From Klebsormidium nitens (Eukaryota > Plantae > Klebsormidiophyceae): 64,000 bases of DNA. This document shows positions 29,181 through 39,399 of this stretch, piece after piece. The stretch covers positions 1-64,000 of the forward strand of contig DF237208.1 in the NCBI GenBank assembly GCA_000708835.1, given 5' to 3'. The stretch's first letter is position 1; each line of letters opens with the position of its first letter. The notes below the pieces were generated by a model. The model worked only from the letters and a program-made list of their open reading frames with translations. It was not told where the DNA came from and searched no databases. Both the position numbers and the translations under genes were made by a program.

Positions 29181-32100
29181 ATGCCGCCGGCGGCGCCTAT
29201 GGCTGCTGACAGCCACAACGGGTGCCCTCCGCGGTTGGACCTCTTAGACGAGAGCCTGAAGGTGCTGCATGAGTTTGACGTCGGGGCGTTCGAGGGCCCC
29301 TGGAAGATAGATGCATCGGCGGCGGCGCTGAGGTAGGCGCCAGCTCAGCGTCATGTTTGCGAACAGAGGTAGTGAGGTTATGGTTTTGAGCTCGTGGTGG
29401 TCAAGGGACTCGAGGCGGCTCAATGAGTCTTTGCGATATGCCCTGGTTTCTGGTGCATGTCACTTGATGTTTCCTTTTATGAAGGTACGGGCTTAGATCG
29501 AGCTCGTAAAGAGACATTCATATACACAGGTTTCGGGCATTCTGATTGAGCATTGGAGTGGGCCTCTTTCAGATACCTTTCCAGGCTCTACATGAAATAA
29601 GAAGTTGGAGCCAGCTTGGCTTGTCAACAGAACACTTCATATGAAGTGTGATGTTGGCTGGTTTTTGGTTTTTAAGAGTATGAGCCGTAGGGTGGTGTGT
29701 TTGCTAATGGACCTTTTCTCAGTCGAACAGTCTGATTGCGACCGCGAGTCCTTTTGATTCTTGTTGAAAACAATTAGCAATCACTGTGCCTTAAGCAACT
29801 GCTGTACTTCCCCGTGAGGCTTTTGAGCGTAGCAAGCGGCTGTGAATTTACTTATCAAGGTGACCTTGCAGATTGTCTTGAAGGTTTGACAAGGTAGTGA
29901 CAGAAACCAGGGTAGTGACAGAAAGTCTGATATTTTTGAAAGAAGCATCAACTGTCTATCTCAGGGGAGGGGTTTGAGAAACTCTGGGGCAAAAGCTGGA
30001 AAGGTCTGTTGCGCTTCGGTTCGAGATACTGACTTTTATCTTCTTTTGACAAGACTCTCTTAAAGCATACATAGCTTTAGAATGTCAGAAGGTTAGCGCT
30101 GACACGCACTTGCTGCAAGATTGGAAAAAAGCAAAACTAGGTTCGCTGAGGGCACACTCTCATGTTCCATAACGAATCGCACCGGCATGGCTGTAGAGGA
30201 AAGTGGCTATCATGCCACGCAGTTAGAGGTTGGACACATCATCAGACTGCTTTTGGGACAACTTGTCACAACCGCTGATTTTTCAGACCCGTTTCTTTTG
30301 ACTCTCCAGGGCCATCAATCCGATTCGGGTTATCACGGATGCGATTAAGGTCCAGCCGCATGCGGGGAAGGAGCTCCTGTCTGTTGCCATTGGTGAGCTC
30401 AGTGCATGAAGTCCGGCAACGATTGTTATCGTCGGCGATTTAGCATCAGCTCGTGGACCACCTTGAGGAGTTTCCTTATACTTGATGTCGTTTCTGACCA
30501 AGAACTTCATGTTTGGTCGTTCCTGCGGACTATTTGTTGTGCCGTCCCTTTTGAAAGTGTTTCTGCAACGATGACGGTGCCCATCTTAGAGCTTTGCTTT
30601 TGGTTGAAGTTGTTTTTTGATGTTGATCGTCTCTCTTCGACCGGTGAATCGTTCGAGTTTCGAAGCCACCTTGCGCTTATTCCTTGCTTCTACGAGGATT
30701 TTCACCACCTGCCTTTTCAAACCCCTCTTCTCTTGCACATTATTGTACTACCTGATTCAATGTCCCATCCCTGTGAAACTTGCACCTTGAACCTTGAACC
30801 TCGATCTCAACAGAAGCCGCACGGTTAGGAGCTTGCACAATCTCTTTCGTAGCTTCGACCGCTCCCCTTTCGATGCGACCTGCTTACAACTCTATATTGC
30901 CCCCTTCCCCTCTATCTGCGGCCTTTTTCCTCTCCGTCCTTCCAAAACAGAACTTATCTCAAGAACGGTTGTTATTTTCAACAGGCGACCCCTGCGTGTT
31001 TGGCAATTTGCAAGCCCCCAAAATCGCGTCCGAAGCCCTCATACGAGCGGTCCAGAGCGGCGCTCACAACGGGTACACCAACTCTCTTGGCCTGCCCGAG
31101 TGTCGAGAGGCCGTCGCAGAGTATCACAATGCGCGCCTGCCGCGCTGCCAGCGGGTAGCGGTGGACGACGTCATCGTGACGTCAGGGTGCTCGCAGGCGC
31201 TGCAGGTGAGGCATCGAAGCAAGCGGTGCATGTCTTGGTTCCGGTTTTCGAAGTACCTCCGTGGCCTAAGTTCGGTATATCTGCAAAAACGGTCGGTACG
31301 AGTCTTTCATCGGAGAGGAAGGTTCTGGTCAAGTCTGATATGATGGTCTTTCGTAGCGTTGTCTGTGATGCTCCCATCTCGTTCTTTGCTGGACGCTCCT
31401 CTCGGGGTTCCACCAGTGTTACCTTCTCTTTTTCTCGGCTTGAGCTGTTTTGCCCAAATTTTGACCTTACTAAAGGTCTTGCAAACCTTGTTGCACCGAA
31501 GCATCGTTCCCATCAAGTGATCGCACATGAAACCTTTTCTCGACACTGCAGGTCGTTTATGCGTGTCTGGCCAACCCCGGTGCCAACATCCTGCTTCCCC
31601 GTCCTGGCTTCCCGCTCTACCTCTCCCTCGCTCAATACTTCGACATCGAAGTTCGGTTCTACGATCTTCTGGTACGCCCTCGCCTCTTGTTTTCTTCTTT
31701 TTTGTGATATACCACAGGGAGAAGCGTGATTTAGCCTTCGGGGGGTGCGGTCCTGTCGTAATCACATCATTTTCAGGGTTCTATGATAGCTCACAAATTT
31801 ATCCTTCGGGGATGCGGTTCTGTCGGAATTACATTAATTCCAGAGTTCTATGATAGCTCACAAGTAAGCGGGTTATGCTCTTGGCCACCAGCGCACCTCT
31901 GCCTCTCGATTCAGCTCTTTGATTCATTGATGACTGTTTATTTCCTGGTCGCATCATCAATACCCCAGGGGCTCGATGTGAACGCACTCATCGATGAGTC
32001 GGATCAAGAGCCTATGGGCTGCGAGATGAGGGCCTCGAAGATGTCTCAGCGCAGATTTGCGAGCTCTTCAGAATAGAGTAAAAGCAGCTGAAGGAGTATA

Positions 32101-35100
32101 GTGAAGAACGGATTTGTCAGGTCTGTGCGCTGGAAGTCCCGGCCCTCTCCGTCTGTTTTCACACGGTCCTACTCCTCGTCCGATGACACGCCAAGCGCAG
32201 CGGGAGGCAGGTCCGGACCAATGCCGTGCTCACTAGTTGAGATTATGGATATGACGTAAAGCAATCTCACTTCGTTTCAACTTCACACCCTGTTGGAGAC
32301 ATTCCTTTGTCAGATCACGTGGCTTTCGGCCGTATTCACAGCGGGCTGCCACCCGTTCTCTTGACCGGCCGAGCGCAGCTGAGAGGCAGATCCGGAGCAG
32401 ATCGGCGCGCTGAGAAGGCTAGTACTCAAAACGAAAACTTCTTTTTTCTACGTTCCTGTCACTCACTGCGCTTCCGCCGGTCTTCACGCCGGTTCTTCCT
32501 CCGCCTCCTTACAGGCCGAGCGCGGATGGGAGGCCGACCCGTACCAAAATTGCATGCTGACCAACAAGCACACGGTGTCAAGGCTAGTACTCTCAGTAAA
32601 ATAACGTTCCTGTCACTCACTGCGCTTTCCGCCCGTCTTCACGCCGATTCTTCCCTCCTTCTCTTGACAGGCCGAGCGCGGTTGGGAGGCCGACCCGGAG
32701 CAGATCCGCGCGCTGACCAACAAGCATACGGTGGCGCTGCTGATTTGCAACCCGGGTAATCCGAGCGGCGCCGTTTACAGTCGACGGCACCTGCAAGAGC
32801 TGGCGGACTTGGCGGCCGGTTTGCGGATACCCATCATCGCGGATGAGGTTTACGGGGTGAGTTTCTTGGGATTGGACGCCAGTCGCCCATAACGAATCTC
32901 GCAAATTTATGGGACACTGGATTTGACGCCAGTCACCCTTTACGGATTTGCGGGAAACTGGGTTGTAACTCGATACCAGATACCGATCGTTCTGGACGAG
33001 GAATTTGGGGAGGTGGCTTGAAATCCGATATCGGGGAGACACATCATCGTTGACCTGAGTCATGGGGTGAGAGGTTTGGGAGTCGCAGTTGAACGACTTT
33101 CTACTTGAACAAGCATCAGGTTGTCCTTTCTTTCCGCCTCACGCCCTTAGCCCCATGTCCGCTAACATCTATTACCTTCCCTCTCAGGGCATGGTTTTCG
33201 AAGGCCGGGAGTTTGTACCGATTGCCTCCGTCGCACTCCTTATGATTGTTGACCCCAATCCCATTCTTCCCTCAGGGCACAATGTCCGAAGGCCGGGAGT
33301 TTGTACCGATCGCCTCCGTTACCTGCCACATGCTTGCCAATCTTATTCCTTTGTCCCTCAGGTTATGGTTTCAGAAGGCCGAGAGTTTTATCGATCGCCT
33401 CCATTAACCACCACATGATTGCTAACCTCAATTCCATTCTCCCCTCAGGGCATGGTGTTCGAAGGACGGGAGTTCGTACCGATTGCCTCCGTTGCGCACC
33501 GGACGCCCGTCCTGACTGTGGGCGGCATCTCGAAGCGGTGGCTGGTGCCCGGGTGGCGCCTCGGGTGGCTCATCCTGAACGACCCGATCGGGGTTCTGAC
33601 GGACTCATCCTTTCGGGAGGCAGCGGTCAAGATGATGCAGATGCTGATGGGGCCGGCAACGATTACACAGGTGCGGGTTTCCAAAAAATTGAGAGAACGG
33701 TGGGGGAGGGGAAACGTGAGAAACTAAAGAACATTTGGAGCGTCGAGTCTCTGTCTGACGTGGACGATCTCCCTTGTGGTGATTCTGCTCAGAACAACAT
33801 TTTGTTTTGTCCGACGATCTACATTTGGCTCACAACAACCTCTTGTTGTGTCCGATGGTCCCAGGCATCCGCCTTGAGGCCGTTCCGTTCCGCTCAAGAC
33901 CGCATGGCCGTGTTCCGCAAGTCGTTCCGTTCTGCCGTCAAGTTATTATTGGTGAAGCCCGTGCCAGGGAATCTCTGATTCGTTCTTCCAAGTCTCTCAA
34001 TCCGCTCAATCCGCCTCCAGCGTTTTGCTCGGCTGCCGCCGTCTTAACGGGAGACACCATCTTTCGATGGCACCCCGCTCCGACGTCAATCCGCAATCCG
34101 TTCGTTCTTGCAATCTTTTTCGTCACGCCTAGCTTCTCTCCCATGCCAAGATTGAAGGTGGCACCTTAGCTTCTCGTCCATAGCCGAGGAGTTGAAGATC
34201 CTCAAATCCGCTTGCAGGCCGCCGTCCCAACAATCTTGCGAGAGACGCCAGCGGAGTTTTTCGACGGAACCCTGCGGCAGCTGCAAGCGGGGGCTGACTA
34301 CTGTGTGGAGCGGATAGCGCGGATCCGAGGGCTCGAGTGCCCGGGGCGGCCGCACGGGTCCATGTTTTTGATGGTAACCCAGACCGGGGATCTTAACCGG
34401 GCATGTTTTGAGGCTCGCCGAGGTTCTCTTGTTCGTTGTTTTCTACACAAACCTGCTTTTGGATTCCTTTTCAGCCTACTACGGTCAGCGGAGCTGCGGG
34501 TGCTCGAGTGCCCGGAGCGACCGCATGGGTCCATGTTTCTTGTGATGAGCAAGATCGGAGAGTCCGATTGGATTCAACGGGGCAAGTCCCTGATTCCCCT
34601 TGTTTTCAAAAGTTGGGCATATTTTGTTTTCTCTTTCGTGCTCGTCCGTGTAAGGTTTTTTGAGTTGTCCCAGAGCAGCATACTCATAGCTGATCACAAA
34701 AAAATTTCTCAAAACATCGAAGATGTGAGAACGCAAGGAGAGGACAAGTTTTCACTCTGCTCGAATCCTCGCTTGGTTTCTTTTGTTGCCCAGCGAAGTC
34801 TTATTTTTGCGGAGTTTCCTCTGTCTCGCCAGTGTTCTGACCTGAGATCTGGAAGTCGTCCCCGTATGCAGCGGCTTACTCTCTTTATCCAGTTTCAGGC
34901 AGAAGATTTTCTGAATGTAAGGCGACACTGCCAGTACTATATTTCGCATCTCTCAGCGGAAAAGAGCGTTCCGCTCCGGTCTCGATTCCGATCCGCTCCG
35001 CTTGGTATTCGTTCCGTCCCAGTCTCATTCCGGCAGCTTCTTAGTCTCAGTCATTCCGCCCGGTTTACAGGCCCGGTTACGAGCGGGCGCCTTCCCGGCC

Positions 35101-36032
35101 TTCGAGTCCGACGTCGAGTTCGCGCGGGAGCTGCTCCAAGAGGAGGCCGTCGTGCTACTGCCGGGTAAGACTGCAACTCTTGTTAACCCAAAAACACTTG
35201 TTAACCCAAAGCGCGGAATGTTCCGTGCCGCTAACTGCAGAGTAGCAGAAGCTGTTGCGAGTCTCTTGCCACAAAATCAGAGGCTTTTAACATACCACTT
35301 AGAGGGCAAAACAGCAGAGGGCAAAACAGCAGATCTTGTCATGCATCTGACAGGAAGAGCAGAGTTTTTCACGAGGTTCTCTGGTTGTTTAAGGTCGGGC
35401 GTTCTTGCAGTGGACTGCTAGAGAGCTCGAGTGAAGGCGGACTGCAGTTCAGCTCGGTCGAGGCCCTATCGAAGGATGACAATTGTATCTTGGTGCCACG
35501 TGCGCATTGGTGCCACGTGCGCATCGTCGGTGCAAATTCAAGGGTTGCACTCGAATAAGTCATGGAGTATACTCACCACCCTTTTGTCAAGCTCAACAAC
35601 AGTGGAGTCCAGGGGAGCGATCTAGTCTGCGCTGAAAACGTGGTCCTTGGGATGGCCCATTTTATGATGTCTTACGGCCCCGACATCGACGGGATGTTTG
35701 ACAAACTCGTCGAGCATGCTATGGCAAGGTATGGAGTGGGGCCGAGAGACCATCCCAAGGAGCAGCGGATAGTGGTGTTCCGGAAATACGGAAAGCGCCG
35801 GCTTTTAGATCCGGAGGGGATTGCGGAGAGGCTAAGAGTTTCGTTTAACGTGAGTGCCATTGCCCTGACAGGTCGTTTCGTCGGTTTTGCAGGCACAGCG
35901 TTTGGTGCAGTCGGTTGGCTGCGCGTCGTCTTCGTGGCCCCCCTCTCCATCCTAGAACGGGTCTGGGACCGGGTCGAGGCCTTCTGCGATCGGCATGCCG
36001 TCAGCGGCGAGACACTCCCCTGCAAAGAGTAG
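29181..36032 (+). CDS. TAT: Tyrosine (nicotianamine-type) aminotransferase, PLP-dependent class I, 457 aa
   Basis: Nine exons: 29181-29332, 30310-30392, 30985-31205, 31552-31671, 32671-32856, 33449-33670, 34218-34373, 35071-35164, 35893-36032. Phases are consistent (1374 nt). Motifs: [36 protein letters not shown]-lysine [16 protein letters not shown]. Confidence 0.95.
31737..31866. repeat. Diverged 67-bp tandem duplication in TAT intron 4
   Basis: TTCGGGG..TGCGGT.CTGTCG...GTTCTATGATAGCTCACAA occurs twice; CTATGATAGC starts at 31781 and 31848. Confidence 0.9.
32345..32740 (+). repeat. Three tandem copies of the TAT intron-4 end plus exon-5 start
   Basis: GCCGAGCGC...GAGGC.GA.CCG starts at 32368 (acceptor mutated to CCG), 32515 (CAG intact) and 32671 (true exon). 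Confidence 0.9.
33160..33500 (+). repeat. Four tandem copies of the TAT intron-5 end plus exon-6 start
   Basis: CCCTCAG|GG.ATGGT.TTCGAAGG.CGGGAGTT.GTACCGAT.GCCTCC starts at 33188, 33276, 33362 and 33449 (true exon). Period is 86-88 bp. Confidence 0.92.
35562..35855 (+). pseudogene. Glycosyltransferase family 61 (DUF563)-like exon fragment inside TAT intron 8
   Basis: The frame reads [10 protein letters not shown]...[11 protein letters not shown]...[14 protein letters not shown]...[32 protein letters not shown] and ends at a GTGAGT donor (35850). A stop lies just upstream at 35556. The family assignment is recalled pattern similarity only. Confidence 0.45.
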
Positions 36033-37752
36033 GACTCTAGAGGCAGACCGATCGCTCGAATTCTCAGTAGCGTAGGCCTACGAGCACAGAACATGATTCG
36101 TTGCCGTGCAATGAAAGTTACTAGTGTGAGCTTGTATATTACTGCGGAGGTTGAAAGCTTAGGACTGTAGTTTTGGCCCCGCGGATTCGAACGCAGGTTT
36201 TAGTCTCAGGTATGGTAACAAAGGCGGCTGGATATCCGTTTACAGATTTCGGTCCTTGCACTGAAGTCGGCAGGCTCAAGTGTTGCACCGAGCCGGTAGA
36301 CTAGGAGGACGTTTGCAGTAAGGGATTGTAGGCGTTCAATGGAAGCATGTAACACAACGGAGTTTTAGCTCCTTCCACTGATCATTTTTTTTGAAGTTGT
36401 TATTCTGGACAGAGTGTCACTTGCTATACTTTATAACAACAAATCTGTCACCCGCGCACCATCTGAGCGTCTCGGTCAAGCTTCTGTGCTGCTGAACAAA
36501 CACTTTAGGCGTCGAGTGTTGTTCAAGAAGCGTTTGCTAACGGTCGATCTGACATGTTCGAAACAAGACAGCGCCATATCGTTTTCGTTCGCCTTCTAAA
36601 CAAGAAAGCGCTATATTGTTTTCGTTCGCCTTCTATCCGGCAAATGCTTGAGACTGTAATTGCGTAGGCTAGCGCCCGGGGGCCTGGGCTCCGCAGAAGG
36701 GCCACGTCAAGACCAGCTAAGAATCCGCGCTCGTCGTGACTCTGCCCTTTGGACGCAACCGCGGCTGTCCACATGCTTCATTGAATGAGTTTCTGTTTGG
36801 AGTCCGCGATCTGGGTTCGCTAGCTCGTATCAATGTACCTGGGTGACCGAGTGTACAGCAAGAATCGGTGAAGAATTGATCGACCGCCGTTCGACCCATC
36901 TTTGAAAGCAAGGTCGGCGCAATGATGCTCCATACTACGCTAGACATAATTCATTTGATCAACCTGGACGGAAAAGCTTTCTTTTGCTTGGCATGTCTGA
37001 ACAGCTTTTCATCTAATGGCACATGTCTAAACTGTTGTGGAATAAGTTAAAATCAAGAAGCGGCTCCTCTAAGCGTGAGACCTGTCTTGGACAATCTGAG
37101 CTTTATAGTGTAACGTGACGTTTGATCCTCAAGAATGCGAACACCTGAGCATGTAGATTTATTTGAAACGGTAGTGAAAACGTTCATGGTATCTCAGTTC
37201 TGACACAGCGATGCGCACAAATGATCGACATTTGTGTGGGCAGTGTTTGAGTTCTACAGAACAGGCACGGAACAACCTCTTCAATCCATTTTAACAGGGA
37301 CACTTGCATTCCTCCATCTCTTCGCAAACGAGCCACCCTTGGACAGGGCAGCGAACCACGAAATATCTGTTGCTCTACGTGATGTGTGTATTTTTGTATG
37401 TCACTCAGCCCCGCAACCATCAATCGTTTGCTTCAACATGAATGGGACACCGACCGGAGTGCTTGAACGCTGCACACTTTCTCGATACGGAACTTTCAGT
37501 TTGACAGGACTTCGACCTGGCTCAGAAACGCCATGAATTGCACGGACATACATACCTGAAACTCAAGATATCACAAGAAACGCAATTGAGCAGGTCTGCA
37601 TTGACATCTTTTGGACCGCTATATCACGTCATAATGTAGTACATCACGAGAAGTAGGGACTTTACCCCCTTGCTTCCTGTCCTCCCACTATAGACCAGCA
37701 TTAGCAAGAAGCTGTCAAGAGTTATCACTCGGTTACTACCATGGTATGCCCT

Positions 37753-39399
37753 TCATTCAGCGATCTGAGAACCAACAAACTCTACCAAGTCCCCTCCCAG
37801 CCAACTCGAATGCCGCCAGTTCTTCCAGTCTCCCACAGAGTCCCAGTACTGCAGCATAGGGCACAGGCGTACACGCAATCGCTGCAGTAACGGCCATGTA
37901 GCTTTCCCAATCCCTCTTGGAAGCTCATTGATTGGCAATTCTCCTAATTTCAAGTCCTCTAGTCTACTCCAAGATTTGACGGAGGTTGGAAGAGAACGAA
38001 GTGATTTGCATCTTGAAAGCTCAACGGACCTGAGGCTTCTCCAGGCTCCCACGGTTTCAGGCAGCCTACTCAGATAGGCGCAATCAGACATCTTGAAGTC
38101 CTCTAGAAGCTGCCAGCCAGAGACAGAGTCAGGCAGAGAGCGCAAAGCGTTGCAAGCCCTAATCTCTACCTTCTTCAGCCTTGACCACCTGCCGACCTCG
38201 TCTGGCAAGCACCTGGGGCTTGGGCACGTGTCCAGCTTCATCTCTTCAAGAGAGATCCAACCACCGACACCTTCCGAAAGAGCTCTTAGATTTTGGCAGT
38301 CCAGAAAGGTGGCGCTTCGTAGTAATTGCCAGTTTGCAACTCTCTGAGGAAGCCCTGTAAAGGGAGATTCTATATTGAGAACTCTATTCAAAGATCCGAC
38401 GATCCGAATACTCGTCAACAATCTCCACAATTCAACAGGATCCTGGGGGTTGGTTCCACTCAGTATAAAGTCAGGGATGTCCAGACTCCGTAAGCCTGTC
38501 CACTCTCTTGAAGTTCGTGAAGGTTTCTTCATTCTTGGACAGCGATCGAGGCTCAGCTTCTGGATGCTCCGCCAGGAGTCAACCTCTGACCGGAAGCCTT
38601 CGAAGTTCCATACACCACGGAGAGCCAACGACTCGAGTCGCGTCCATGCCTTGACTCCTTGTGGAAGCTTCTTCAGCTTGAAACAATCTCGCAGAGCTAG
38701 ATCTTTTAAGTTTACCCAATGCTCCACTTCTTCGGGCAGCTCTTTGAGGTCGTGACATGAGGTTAGCCTGACATGCGTCAGCATGGACCAGTTCCTAACA
38801 CTTGAAGGGAGGCTTCTGAGGTACAGGCAGTGTCCCTGGACGTCCAAACGTCTCAAACCTGTCCACTTTCCGACGTCATCGGGAAGCTCCTTCATTCGAA
38901 GCACATAATCTGAAGATACAGAAAGGCTCTCCAAACTGTTGCACTTCCAAACAAAGCTTGGCAGGTCACTGGCTCTGCCGTCAAAGCTGATATTCTGAAA
39001 GTCGAGATGCTTTATGGTCTGCAAAAGGCGAGGCTCAGCAGCCAGCGGGTTTAGCTCTGAATCAGATGTATGAATACCACCTTCAAAGATGCAGAACCTA
39101 TTTGCATTTGGAAAAGTCTCGAGTAGCTGTCGAAGGCGTTGGCTCATTGTGTTGCCTTTCTGGCGCTCTGACAATCTGCTTGTAGCGTTGGAGGTCCTTA
39201 TGGTCACCGTTGTGGCCGCTGCTCTCCCAATTGCACACCAGTCCTTACAAACTTCGGTAAAGCTTCTGAGCTGAGAACCATGCTTGAAATTGTACGACGG
39301 ACTTTGTTCAAGAAGAGTCGCTATATGGAAGAGGACATCCTGAGGTAGGCACTCCAAGGACGACTTCGCTTTTGCTAAAGGAGGATGCCAAAGTGCCAT
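37753..39399 (-). CDS. Intronless F-box-like + leucine-rich repeat protein, about 548 aa
   Basis: Within ORF 37753..39576; the likely start is MALWHPP (ATG at 39399). F-box-like segment SLECLPQDVLFHIATLL...VCKDWCAI, followed by about 13 24-aa repeats of type L..LP..V..W..L..L.L..C..L. Confidence 0.85.
   Translation of the reverse strand: MALWHPPLAKAKSSLECLPQDVLFHIATLLEQSPSYNFKHGSQLRSFTEVCKDWCAIGRAAATTVTIRTSNATSRLSERQKGNTMSQRLRQLLETFPNANRFCIFEGGIHTSDSELNPLAAEPRLLQTIKHLDFQNISFDGRASDLPSFVWKCNSLESLSVSSDYVLRMKELPDDVGKWTGLRRLDVQGHCLYLRSLPSSVRNWSMLTHVRLTSCHDLKELPEEVEHWVNLKDLALRDCFKLKKLPQGVKAWTRLESLALRGVWNFEGFRSEVDSWRSIQKLSLDRCPRMKKPSRTSREWTGLRSLDIPDFILSGTNPQDPVELWRLLTSIRIVGSLNRVLNIESPFTGLPQRVANWQLLRSATFLDCQNLRALSEGVGGWISLEEMKLDTCPSPRCLPDEVGRWSRLKKVEIRACNALRSLPDSVSGWQLLEDFKMSDCAYLSRLPETVGAWRSLRSVELSRCKSLRSLPTSVKSWSRLEDLKLGELPINELPRGIGKATWPLLQRLRVRLCPMLQYWDSVGDWKNWRHSSWLGGDLVEFVGSQIAE

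Noticed and set aside
30794-31729. 311-aa ORF overlapping TAT
   Set aside because: It is an off-frame read-through across GC-rich TAT exons and introns.
31968-32076. AG-preceded frame [20 protein letters not shown]...* in TAT intron 4
   Set aside because: It has no homology to TAT, no convincing donor and no supporting codon bias.
34212-35168. 318-aa ORF suggesting a long single exon
   Set aside because: It is explained by TAT exon 7 plus an open intron containing the duplicated exon end; exon 8 is in another frame.
36165-36235. GGATTCGAAC (minus strand GTTCGAATCC, a tRNA T-loop/B-box-like motif)
   Set aside because: The T-stem does not pair in register, and no A-box, D-arm or acceptor stem is recognisable. 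At most a SINE or tRNA relic.
36560-36636. Short two-copy repeats (37-bp here; also 26-bp near 52250, 18-bp near 29895 and 35180, 15-bp near 35301)
   Set aside because: These are ordinary slippage-type duplications with no link to splice sites or coding sequence.
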